Source: a virus (taxonomy: Duplodnaviria; Heunggongvirae; Uroviricota; Caudoviricetes). Taken from it: 64,000 nt of DNA. Made by a program: the position numbers and the translations under genes. The first letter of the stretch is position 1. The number at the start of each line of letters is the position of its first letter. A model generated the notes under the pieces. The model saw nothing but the letters and a program-made list of their open reading frames with translations, was not told the origin of the DNA and did not search any database. Shown here piece by piece: positions 55,632 to 64,000 of the stretch. The stretch lies in IMG/VR virus record IMGVR_UViG_3300023371_000005, one strand, 5' to 3'.

Positions 55632-56755
55632 TCTTTGGTGACAATCACCAATTTCTCTGCCGCACGAGTGGCCGCAGTGTATAACCAACGAGCATGATCA
55701 ACGGGCTGGAAGGGGAACTTTTCTTCCAGAACCAAGACGTTATCCCATTCAGAACCCTGCGCTTTATGACAGGTAATGGCATATCCATAAGTAAATTCCT
55801 TTGGCACAACATCGCCAATACGATTTTTTAGCTTATTCAGCTTATACTTATCACGCCATTCAAGCTCGCTTTCGCCGCCCTTCATAATGCGAGGGTCCAT
55901 ATTGATATGACCATAATTCTCACCTAAGTCAGATTCAAATACACCAGTAAGGATATTGATCTTACCCTTCTCATAAGCGTAAAACGGGACATTGATATGA
56001 CTATACTTGGGATCATGTAATGTTCCAATAGTGCCATTTACCAATGGGTCGCCGTTAGTCAAATTACCCCAGTCCCAGTAATTCCGCAGACAAATAACTT
56101 TATCTCCTTCTTCTGGCTCAGGTCCAAAACCTCGTTGCTGACGCATGAAATCATTCATACTGTGCCGTTGTAGATTAGTCGCAACAAGAACCTGGTCTGC
56201 CCAATCAAGCATTCCGGTATTGAGCGCGCTGGCTGGATAAATTTGAACTTGGTCATTCTTTATATATTCCAAAGGCTTCTGGTCTCGAATATCCATAGTC
56301 AAACGGATAATACCAGATTCAGTAGCCTGTCTCATAATTTCATCAAGGAAGATATGAGGATGGTCAAGCAAATGATTATCCTCGTCTTTCTCAATGGGTG
56401 GCAACTGGAACGGGTCGCCAAGACAAATTACATATACATTATGGGAGAATAATTTATCCATAATACTCTTGGGCGCCATGGACACCTCATCAACCACAAC
56501 GACTGTATATTCCAAAGATTTCTTTGGGATTCTAGTAAATCCACCGCCTGGACGAGGCACGCTATCATAAAGCAGACGATGTAGAGTCATTGCGTTCTTA
56601 TTGCCCTTCTTAGCTAGAACCTGGGCGGCCTTGCCTGTAAAAGTAGCAAAGCAAACTTTATTATGTTCTACATCTAATGCTTCAATGATAAATTTTACCA
56701 GAGTGCTCTTTCCTGTACCTGCCTTTAGGCGTAGCCAGCAATCACAGTGTACTTT
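55628..56755 (-). CDS. Dda/RecD-like SF1 helicase. The track ORF 55628..56590 lacks Walker A. The motif lies in frame upstream as far as an in-frame TGA at 56758-56756. No in-frame start codon was found in that 165-nt stretch.
   Basis: In-frame upstream extension reads KVHCDCWLRLKAGTGKSTLVKFIIEALDVEHNKVCFATFTGKAAQVLAKKGNKNA-MTLHRL... (compare T4 Dda GPAGTGKTTLTKFIIEAL). Downstream motifs VVVDEVSM, GDPFQLPPI, YAITCHKAQGSEWDNV and YTAATRAAEKLVIV. Confidence 0.55.
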   Translation of the reverse strand, partial: KVHCDCWLRLKAGTGKSTLVKFIIEALDVEHNKVCFATFTGKAAQVLAKKGNKNAMTLHRLLYDSVPRPGGGFTRIPKKSLEYTVVVVDEVSMAPKSIMDKLFSHNVYVICLGDPFQLPPIEKDEDNHLLDHPHIFLDEIMRQATESGIIRLTMDIRDQKPLEYIKNDQVQIYPASALNTGMLDWADQVLVATNLQRHSMNDFMRQQRGFGPEPEEGDKVICLRNYWDWGNLTNGDPLVNGTIGTLHDPKYSHINVPFYAYEKGKINILTGVFESDLGENYGHINMDPRIMKGGESELEWRDKYKLNKLKNRIGDVVPKEFTYGYAITCHKAQGSEWDNVLVLEEKFPFQPVDHARWLYTAATRAAEKLVIVTKD

Positions 56756-56781
56756 TCATGTGCTCTGTGTCTGGCTACGGC
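56728..56781 (-). other. Strong composite hairpin enclosing the in-frame TGA and a 5-codon mini-ORF (ATG AAA AGT ACA CTG TGA) at the 5' end of the helicase gene
   Basis: GGCGTAGCCAG-caat-CACAG-(17-nt loop)-CTGTG-t-CTGGCTACGGC on the + strand. The helicase-frame TGA sits inside the loop. No U-tract follows on the - strand. Confidence 0.5.
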
Positions 56782-56816
56782 AATTTTCAAACCTTCTTCT
56801 TGCTTTCTTGTAAGAA

Positions 56817-57377
56817 TCACAGTTCTACTTCCTCTCTTTCTTCAATATTCAAATCTTCAATATTCCATAGATTATCATGTAGTTCTTTATGACAATTAGA
56901 ACAAATTAAAATACATTTTTTACTTTCTTCTACTGCTTCTAATAAGTGAAAATGGTCATTGCTAATTGTAAAATCTTTTTTAGAGGGGTCAATGTGATGA
57001 AATTCTAATGCTTTTATACATCTATCATATCCACATCTTATACATTTTCCACCACGAGATTCTTTTATTTTAGCTAAAAACATTCCTCTCGTTAATTGAA
57101 CTCCATTTGGCATACAGTTATAACAACAGGTTCTTTGATGAGCCGTAGAAGTTAAAGGATAAAATTCTTTTCCACAAATGGGACAAATTTTTGGTTTTCC
57201 TTTATAAGAAGTATCTTTTTGATTCTTTTCTTTATTGGCGTATTTTTCTCTGCGCGAAGCGTTTTGACATTCTATACTACAGTATTTTTTAGTAGAACGG
57301 ATTGCCTCAAATTCATTTCCACACATAACACATTTATTTATCATATATTTTCTCCTTTTTTGAAATATTTCTTTCAT
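56817..57377 (-). CDS. HNH endonuclease with N-terminal CxxC zinc-ribbon repeats. Likely a homing-type mobile endonuclease. Probable true start at the internal ATG 57344.
   Basis: C-terminal HHIDPSKKDF...NDHFH...CSNCHKELH HNH motif. Several CxxC pairs. AAAAGGAG RBS 8 nt before ATG 57344. TGA stop. Confidence 0.65.
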   Translation of the reverse strand: MKEIFQKRRKYMINKCVMCGNEFEAIRSTKKYCSIECQNASRREKYANKEKNQKDTSYKGKPKICPICGKEFYPLTSTAHQRTCCYNCMPNGVQLTRGMFLAKIKESRGGKCIRCGYDRCIKALEFHHIDPSKKDFTISNDHFHLLEAVEESKKCILICSNCHKELHDNLWNIEDLNIEEREEVEL

Positions 57378-57468
57378 TATATTTCAAAAATAAGACAAGT
57401 AAATTCGTCAGCTTTGTCCGGAGTTTTACACAACGAACTTACCTAACCAAAGTTGCACAAGCAACTTA

Positions 57469-57702
57469 TCAATCATGCTCTCCTATTGCTTCATCTAAAA
57501 TCTGAATAAAACGCATCATATCTCGTTCATGCCTACGTATGACAGCCTCATGTGCTTTTGGTTCAGAGAACCCTTTACACTTCATCAATTCAATTTTGTC
57601 GTGTTCAAAGGCTTTTGCCTGGTATTCCTTAAAACGGAATACCAGACTATCAAACATATAACCCTTTAAATGCTTATTATCACTAAAATGTACTTTTTCC
57701 AT
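57469..57702 (-). CDS. Hypothetical protein, about 77 aa. The track ORF 57469..57798 is trimmed to the internal ATG that has an RBS.
   Basis: Extended -10 TGGTATAAT (57730-57722) and an AAAAGG RBS upstream of ATG 57702. TGA-TAA tandem stop. Confidence 0.4.
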   Translation of the reverse strand: MEKVHFSDNKHLKGYMFDSLVFRFKEYQAKAFEHDKIELMKCKGFSEPKAHEAVIRRHERDMMRFIQILDEAIGEHD

Positions 57703-57739
57703 ACTAATACCTTTTATTTTTATTATACCAAAATATTTC

Positions 57740-58069
57740 TTATAAATCAATAAGGAACATATTGTTGTCCAATTTAAGAAAATCTTCATCCCACTCAATT
57801 TGGGGAAAAATTTCTAAATCGCTTTTTTGTTTTGGGTTTTCGGCTGGCGCGTCTGGCACCGGTCGGATGGCGTCTTGGAGAGCAATTATATTGGCAATAG
57901 CATTGCTTATCGCTCTTTCAAGTTCATCGACTCTACATTCAAGCACTCGAAAAGAATCACTCAATGTAGTTGCAGTACTAGCCATATCACAAGTTAGCAT
58001 ATCAACTCTATCTTGGATTAGATCAACCATGTACTTTGCGCCATCAGCAGTTAATACTTGTAATGCCAT
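57740..58069 (-). CDS. Hypothetical protein, 109 aa
   Basis: Continuous ORF with a GGAGGA RBS. Confidence 0.4.
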   Translation of the reverse strand: MALQVLTADGAKYMVDLIQDRVDMLTCDMASTATTLSDSFRVLECRVDELERAISNAIANIIALQDAIRPVPDAPAENPKQKSDLEIFPQIEWDEDFLKLDNNMFLIDL

Positions 58070-58078
58070 ATATCCTCC

Positions 58079-59872
58079 TTAGAAGTAATACTTCTGTTCA
58101 CCAACAATTTCATAATCCTCAATAATAATTTGAGGAGAAACACTTCCGTTCCAGACATTGCGTTCACATTTGCCAACTACATTGATGGTGATACAACCCA
58201 TCTCACTCTTCAACTTCTCATATTCTTCTTGAGAAGATTTGAATTTGATAAGACTTGTGCCATTTGGTAAAGTGATCTTCAAAGTAGGACTCTTATCGGG
58301 AGACATGAGCACAATATTACCGCTTGATACATTGATATGTTCAATAGCAACAAATGGTTCATCAACGCCTTGACCCCAAAGAGATTTCAAACCAGCAATC
58401 TCAATGATATCACTACCTCTGAAATCTGCTCCACTGAAAATGAAATCAACTTTATAACAAGGAGTAAAATCAAACTCAGCCAAAGCCTTATTTGAATACT
58501 CCACAAATTCAGAAAATACTTTATCGTAAATGCCAACGCCGAGCGCATTAGCATGGCCTTCCGCATACATTACCAGGCCACTATTTTGTAGGAACTGGCG
58601 CAAATTATCAAACTTAGATTTATCATAACCACGACCAGAGCCTTCCCAGCTTTGCTCCTGTAAAGTCATAATCTTCTTACCATTGGTATCAAATATGTCT
58701 TGCTCAGTAATTGTCTTATTCAGTAGTAAAACTGGACGCTGGTATTTAGCCATAAGTTGGTTGGCGATAAGACCGGTTAGATTGCGATCCGCAGAAAAAG
58801 AATCCAGCTTGATTGCCAGAATTTTATTCTTCAATAAATCTTTTTGCTTGATAATAGCTTCAATAGTCTCAAGCGCAGCATCTCTTGCCTTAGTCTGACG
58901 ATTTTTGATATTCGTACAATTTCGGCACGCCTGCTCTACGCGAGTTTCTTGCTGACCCTTACAGCCTCTCTTGGTTGAAGGAATTAGCTCATATCCACGA
59001 TAATCTAACATCGATTCAAACATCAATAACTTTTCCTCTTGGCTACCCATTCGGATAGTAGCATTGACATATGGAGCAACATAGAACGCAATACCAATAG
59101 GAGTGATACCGTCCTTTAGCGAATACTGTTGCTTATCAACCATGCCTTTGAAATAAGGATTTCTGATATTTTGTAAGCCACGATGAATTAAATGCTTGGT
59201 TTCAAAATCTCTCAAATCCATCATATCGGCAATCATGCCAAGAGCAACCAAATCAAGAAACTGATCGGCATAATCAACATTCATAAGTTCGTCAATATAA
59301 GAACAAAACTTATAAACCATGCCGACACCAGAAAGAGATTTAGTTGGATAATCACATAGCTGGTTATTGATAACGCAAGCATATTCGCTAACTTTTTCAG
59401 CTTCGTGGTGGTCAATAACCAGAACATCTACTCCACGCTCATGGAGCTTTTTATGTTCTTCATAATCATTTGAACTTGAGTCTGGCGCAATTACCAACTT
59501 TACATCAGCTGGAATTGTATTGAGAATAATACCATGTTCTTTACCATTATGGATGCGGTAATAAACATTATTCTGAACATATCCAGGAAATAGGCAGTTC
59601 AAATAATTGATTAGTGTTGCCGCTGAAGTGTAACCATCACAGTCGCTATCAATTTGGATTAGGATCTTGTGTCCTTGCGAGATGTGATAAATCAACAGCT
59701 TTACACCCTACGCGATATTCGCAATAAGGGAGGGTGCTAAAATGTCTTCATCAGTTGTATTTAGATAATGCTCAATTTTATCGGGTTCAATGCCACGATT
59801 TACGAGTACCTGTTCGACCGCAGATAAAACATCCTTGTGCGGGATGCGAGGTACTATTAGTTGATATTCCAA
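58079..59872 (-). CDS. recJ: RecJ-like DHH-family single-strand DNA exonuclease, about 597 aa, with one in-frame TAG (59710-59708) in the conserved N-terminus
   Basis: The track ORF starts at TTG 59695, but the frame extends upstream through the TAG. That gives EYQLIVPRIPHKDVLSAVEQVLVNRGIEPDKIEHYLNTTDEDILAPSLIANIA-TAG-GVKLLIYHISQGHKILIQIDSDCDGYTSAATL, which matches the RecJ N-terminal pattern LxxRGIxxxxxxxxFLxP...KILIxGDxDxDGxTS. DHH motif VLVIDHHEA. AAAGGAGG RBS precedes TTG 59872. Confidence 0.6.
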
Positions 59873-59898
59873 AAGAAATCAACCTCCTTTCATAATCC

Positions 59899-60243
59899 TT
59901 ACCACTCCTTAGGATAAAAAAATTCGTAGTGACGAGGACCAAAAGGACAGCAAAGGGTTCGTAAAATTACAAGATAACAAAATTCCTGAGATACACGAGC
60001 ATCAATCAAAGCATAATTGGCACGAATACCTCTACCGCTTTCATTTGCGGGAGCTACTCTCCAATAATCTCCATTTTCAAATTCAATAAATGAATTACTA
60101 CGGGAATATATTTCTCTAACTGGATTGATACCTTTCCAAATATATTCATCTCGGACGCATTTTAATTGTCTTACACCATCGCCTGCTCTATCACAGGACC
60201 AAATAACACCTTTTATCATTCTTTTTTCCTCGTTCCTGCCCAA
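59899..60243 (-). CDS. Hypothetical protein, 114 aa
   Basis: Continuous ORF. No recognisable motif. Confidence 0.4.
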   Translation of the reverse strand: MGRNEEKRMIKGVIWSCDRAGDGVRQLKCVRDEYIWKGINPVREIYSRSNSFIEFENGDYWRVAPANESGRGIRANYALIDARVSQEFCYLVILRTLCCPFGPRHYEFFYPKEW

Positions 60244-60548
60244 CGGCGCTTACCAATCTCATGTCCTTCTGGACACATGGTGGCCGCTTCAATATGTATT
60301 TCTTTCTCATACTCATAGGGTTCTAGGTAACCCATCAATGGATTGATGCAAGTTGTCTTTTCTTCTTCAAAAAACTTTGTATTACAATCCTTTTTATAGT
60401 ACCAGCGACCGCATCCACTACACCAGTTACCCTGCGCCTGAACATCAGTTTGAAGTTGAAGTAGCGCATCAAATGAATTAGCAATTACATTCATTCGCTC
60501 TTGAATGTCGTCGGGACCATTTTTGAATACTTCTTCTAAAATTAACAT
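60216..60548 (-). CDS. Hypothetical Cys-rich protein, 110 aa
   Basis: CSGCGRWYYKKDC ... C ... CPEGH cysteine cluster. Confidence 0.4.
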   Translation of the reverse strand: MLILEEVFKNGPDDIQERMNVIANSFDALLQLQTDVQAQGNWCSGCGRWYYKKDCNTKFFEEEKTTCINPLMGYLEPYEYEKEIHIEAATMCPEGHEIGKRRWAGTRKKE

Positions 60549-61651
60549 TAGAGAATTATCCTTTCTTTGAATAATTGTAAAAATATCTGCGGGCCGCAGT
60601 CGATCGGTGAGTCCTTGTATCCTGTAACCATATTCTTATCAAAGATAAAAGAAATTGTAGTAAAGTTCTTATATCTATCTCTTAGTCTGATTAGATTAGT
60701 TTTTAGGCGCTTATATTCAGCATCGCCAATTTCCTTGAACTGACGGTCAAAGGCAATGATTACTTCTTCGGCGCCCACATCCAAAAGCATCTGCATCTGG
60801 TGCGAAGATACACTTGAACCGCAACACGCAACAGAAATATCATTTTCCAAACCAAAATAAGATTTATATAATAAACAGGATTTCTCACCTTCAAAGATAA
60901 TAGCCTTTTTCATAAGACTAATATTATCTTTACTAAAATTGAAATTATATAAGTTCATGCCAAGAGGATGATTATATAATACTTTATTGATTTTTAGAGG
61001 TCTATACTTACCATACAACTCGCCCTCTTCTGCGCATACAGTTCGTCCGCGCAAACCAACAAATCTTCCATCCTTATCAAAGTGCGGGATGGTTATTTGA
61101 TCTCCTCCTGGATAAAAACCAATGCGAGCTTGGTCTAATGCGGCCTGGGAAATACCCTCCCGCAACCACGGGCCAATCTTCACCTTGTAGTTGAAGCGTT
61201 CCAATATGTCATTTTCATAATCTTTTAGTAAAATCGTATTAGACTTCACAGAGACTTCTTGAATACGCTCGTAGTTAGCAAGAAACTTCCAATCGTCTAA
61301 TGCTTCATCGTCTGGGCCATCTTCATGTTCGCCAGAAAATCCAAATCTTTGAGCGACCCACCTTACTGCGTCGTTAAGGTCAAAGTCTTTATCCCATTGG
61401 ATTTTCGCAACTTTGATGACTAACTCAAACGGGTCGAAATATTCGTCGCAACCAGTGAAACACTTGAACAGACCTGTATTCTCATAATAATACAATTTAC
61501 GACTACCTTCTCCAGGAGGATTGTGGCAGATAGTAGAAGAGGTGAGCCCGAACGATGTGCGTCCGGGATCACCGCCAAATTCTTGAAGTAAATCGTATAT
61601 ATAGTCAGTTGTAAGTGCTTCTCTGATTTTGACTTTATCAAAGACGAGCAT
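60548..61651 (-). CDS. dnaG: DnaG-type DNA primase with zinc-binding and TOPRIM domains
   Basis: CHC2-type zinc finger ICHNPPGEGSRKLYYYENTGLFKCFTGCDEY. TOPRIM-like IIFEGEKSCLLY. Confidence 0.65.
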   Translation of the reverse strand: MLVFDKVKIREALTTDYIYDLLQEFGGDPGRTSFGLTSSTICHNPPGEGSRKLYYYENTGLFKCFTGCDEYFDPFELVIKVAKIQWDKDFDLNDAVRWVAQRFGFSGEHEDGPDDEALDDWKFLANYERIQEVSVKSNTILLKDYENDILERFNYKVKIGPWLREGISQAALDQARIGFYPGGDQITIPHFDKDGRFVGLRGRTVCAEEGELYGKYRPLKINKVLYNHPLGMNLYNFNFSKDNISLMKKAIIFEGEKSCLLYKSYFGLENDISVACCGSSVSSHQMQMLLDVGAEEVIIAFDRQFKEIGDAEYKRLKTNLIRLRDRYKNFTTISFIFDKNMVTGYKDSPIDCGPQIFLQLFKERIIL

Positions 61652-61962
61652 TAGTTGATGTCAACAAGGACCTTGACGCAATAGCCCTTCAGACCGCACT
61701 CCTGATTTACATACTTACACAGGACTTCCTGGGGAGTGCCAGGCAACTTACCGCTCTTGGACTTAGCTGCCTTCAGAATCTCTTCTGCCATCAGCTTGCC
61801 CATCTTATACTCGATGGTGCCAGCACAAACATCGGGAGCGGGCTGACGAATGTCGCTCTTACTGCCGAAGTCCTTATTACGGGGAGCGTTGTTCTTATTG
61901 CGGTTGAAGTTACCCTTGGTCTTGTTATTTCTCTTGTTGTCATTCTTTACAAACTCTGCCAT
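61651..61962 (-). CDS. Small basic hypothetical protein, about 104 aa. Trimmed from the track ORF to ATG 61962, which has AAGGAG 9 nt upstream.
   Basis: Lys/Asn-rich N-terminus. Cys-containing C-terminus. Sits between the primase and DnaB genes. Confidence 0.4.
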   Translation of the reverse strand: MAEFVKNDNKRNNKTKGNFNRNKNNAPRNKDFGSKSDIRQPAPDVCAGTIEYKMGKLMAEEILKAAKSKSGKLPGTPQEVLCKYVNQECGLKGYCVKVLVDIN

Positions 61963-62041
61963 ATTATTTATCTCCTTTATATTTCCAATTCCAAAATCGG
62001 AATCGTGTAACAAATTTAGTTTAGCTCTCAACCCTCGTTGC

Positions 62042-63580
62042 TTAGTCGCACTCAAAGGCAGATTCTTCGTCGATTCTAATTCGTACATCATCAATACTTA
62101 CCATTTCATAATCATAGGTAGTGCAGAACATTGGCTTGATTCTACATACACCCAAGTCTGCCTTACACCACAAAATTACACCCTTGTATCTTCCTCGTCT
62201 ATTTTTGTAAACCGACATTTTGATTGTAGGTCTTTCAAAAACATTTGTAGACAAGATATTTTCCAGAGCAACAAGGTCATCGTCTTTTACCGCCAATAGA
62301 ATTGAACCATAGTCAATCTTATCCGCAATAGACTTAGCACCACGAAGTAGATTTTGGTCAGGAGTCTTACTGTCTTGATAATCGCCATTTAGCTGAGTAG
62401 CAGACATAATAAATACTCCATATTGATTACAAATATCTTTCAAACGAGTGGATAACATAAATAGAATATTATCTTCTCTCAATTTTACGCCGCCAGATCG
62501 ACGAGTAATTTCTTCCAAGATTTTTAGACTTGTATGAATATAATCATGGAAAATATATTTGACACCATGGTCGCGAATATTCTTCTTGATTTTATTCTCA
62601 ATATCCTGAAGAGAGAAGTCAGGAAGTTCTTCTACATAAATTGGACTCTCTTTTAAGAGTTTTGCGGCCTGAAGCACGCGCTCTTTTTCACCCTCGCCAT
62701 ATTCACTGTAAATGATATGTTCCTCATTTACATTAGACAAGAATGCCAACATCATAGTTTGAATTTCCTCAAGGTCCTGCTCTGTTGCGATGAATAGGAC
62801 TGGTTCCGCAGGACCGCTACCAATCCACCCGAAAGTTTCATCGTAAATCTTATTACAGCCAATATAACAGGCATCCGCAATCATTGAACGAGTCTTACCG
62901 ATACCAGTAGCCGCGGACCGCAAATAAAATTTCTTCAATCTTGCTCCACGAGTGACTGTATTTACCAATGGACCATATAATGGAACACCAGCTTCTGGAT
63001 GCTCAGCAAATCGTTCAATTAGTTCAAAAATACCTTCAGCGGCTTGTTGGGCCTCGCCAAAGGCGTCATCAACATACTGAAGTCGGATAGAGTCAATCTT
63101 GGCATCAACCTTGTCCGCAATCTGTTCCAGCGTCGCATTATCTAATTGGTCCTCCTGTAATTGTTTTTTCTTTGTATCTAAAATATTGTCGGCATCGTAA
63201 ATATCAGATACATCAACACCGCAATTATCATACGCACGAAGCAAAGAGAATTTCTTCAATCGTCCATAATAATAATCAAATGCTGATGGCATACAATTTT
63301 CTGATATTTTTAGTAGCCATTCTTCGCCCTTGCCTTGCTTATAGACTGCCGCACTCTTGGGGCGAGAACTGAAAAAGTCTGATAGACTTTCTAATGTGAT
63401 TTTATTTGCGCCAAGCTCATGGATTTTGTAAATTGCACCGAATACAGTTTTATGGAATGTATCAGCGAAATCTTCATCCACGATTGAATACTTATCAGTG
63501 ATTTCCAAAAGACGAGGATTATTGAACACACAACCAATAACCTGCATTACCGCAGTTGTATCAACATATTTGCTACCCAT
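62042..63580 (-). CDS. dnaB: Replicative DNA helicase, DnaB family
   Basis: DnaB N-terminal domain. Walker A SAATGIGKTRS. Walker B-like KYIFHDYIH. 512 aa. Confidence 0.7.
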   Translation of the reverse strand: MGSKYVDTTAVMQVIGCVFNNPRLLEITDKYSIVDEDFADTFHKTVFGAIYKIHELGANKITLESLSDFFSSRPKSAAVYKQGKGEEWLLKISENCMPSAFDYYYGRLKKFSLLRAYDNCGVDVSDIYDADNILDTKKKQLQEDQLDNATLEQIADKVDAKIDSIRLQYVDDAFGEAQQAAEGIFELIERFAEHPEAGVPLYGPLVNTVTRGARLKKFYLRSAATGIGKTRSMIADACYIGCNKIYDETFGWIGSGPAEPVLFIATEQDLEEIQTMMLAFLSNVNEEHIIYSEYGEGEKERVLQAAKLLKESPIYVEELPDFSLQDIENKIKKNIRDHGVKYIFHDYIHTSLKILEEITRRSGGVKLREDNILFMLSTRLKDICNQYGVFIMSATQLNGDYQDSKTPDQNLLRGAKSIADKIDYGSILLAVKDDDLVALENILSTNVFERPTIKMSVYKNRRGRYKGVILWCKADLGVCRIKPMFCTTYDYEMVSIDDVRIRIDEESAFECD

Positions 63581-63591
63581 GCGCGCCTCCT

Positions 63592-64000
63592 TTATTCATC
63601 TAAAAATGTAAATAATTGACGCTTCTTGACTGTGCTCTGCGGTCTTGGGATAACAATCTCTTTGACTTTTGGAGTGTATAGTTCAATTTGGACGTCCTTG
63701 TTTTTCTGTTGAGTAAGCCATAAGTTATAGTGATAATTGTAAGCATCCTTATATACATAAGGCACAATACCAATACCACCATTTGCCTTCGACTTATCTC
63801 CGCCTTTTATTTCGTAATGATAGTATAATGCTTTTTGGATGCCCGAATAAGTATAATTATATTCCTCCACATATTTTTTGATTTGTGCTTTTACTCTTGG
63901 CTCGATAAAAGAAATTTGGAATAATTCTTTGATATAATCTTCCAACTTTTCTCGATCAGTTTTTTCACGATGCTCTTCTAAATCTTTACAAGCGGCGTGA
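63592..64000 (-). CDS. Hypothetical protein. The ORF stays open upstream to the window edge, so it is 5' partial.
   Basis: Track ORF 63592..63945 begins at a TTG. The same frame has no stop through 64000. Confidence 0.35.
   Translation of the reverse strand, partial: HAACKDLEEHREKTDREKLEDYIKELFQISFIEPRVKAQIKKYVEEYNYTYSGIQKALYYHYEIKGGDKSKANGGIGIVPYVYKDAYNYHYNLWLTQQKNKDVQIELYTPKVKEIVIPRPQSTVKKRQLFTFLDE

Noticed and set aside
56756-56758. Genome-wide TGA reassignment (to Trp or Sec) as the explanation for the helicase TGA
   Set aside because: dut, the HNH gene and several late genes end cleanly at TGA with a proper downstream gene start. No other conserved domain contains an in-frame TGA. A local mechanism (intron, frameshift or truncation) is more likely.

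Overview
The window reads as a tailed-phage (or prophage-derived) genome segment. It is AT-rich and has strong AGGAGG-type ribosome-binding sites, which suggests a Firmicutes host.

Two convergent arms meet at a bidirectional terminator near 45.4 kb.

- Plus strand, 1-45376: a late/structural operon. It holds a 5'-partial giant tape-measure-like gene, several very large tail, baseplate and fiber genes, a 2156-aa protein with C-terminal BspA-type leucine-rich repeats, and a fiber protein with Listeria-Bacteroides adhesin repeats. It ends with a separately regulated cassette of small odd proteins.
- Minus strand, 45423-64000: a replication, recombination and nucleotide-metabolism module. It contains RuvC, dUTPase, NrdG, NrdD, a guanylate-kinase-like NMP kinase, DnaE-type Pol III alpha, a Dda-like SF1 helicase, an HNH endonuclease, a RecJ-like DHH nuclease, a DnaG-type primase and a DnaB helicase.

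The dominant feature is stop-codon recoding. TAG is read as a sense codon, almost certainly Gln. The six-frame ORF fragments of the structural genes are same-frame pieces separated by single TAGs. In a Gln-rich protein the TAGs fall inside poly-Q runs. The conserved RuvC catalytic motif and the RecJ N-terminus lie across in-frame TAGs. Real stops are TAA and TGA.

TAG usage is patchy. About 30 TAGs sit in the tape-measure gene, whereas a 14.6-kb fiber/adhesin block (22812-37448) has none.

Other notable items:
- A Dda-like helicase whose Walker A motif follows an in-frame TGA, inside a strong hairpin, directly downstream of an HNH endonuclease gene.
- An identical 39-nt sigma70-type promoter duplicated on the minus strand.
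- A helically phased CGGTCC direct-repeat array in front of the accessory cassette.

No tRNA, CRISPR array, integrase, capsid, terminase or endolysin is recognisable in the window. The suppressor tRNA presumably lies elsewhere.
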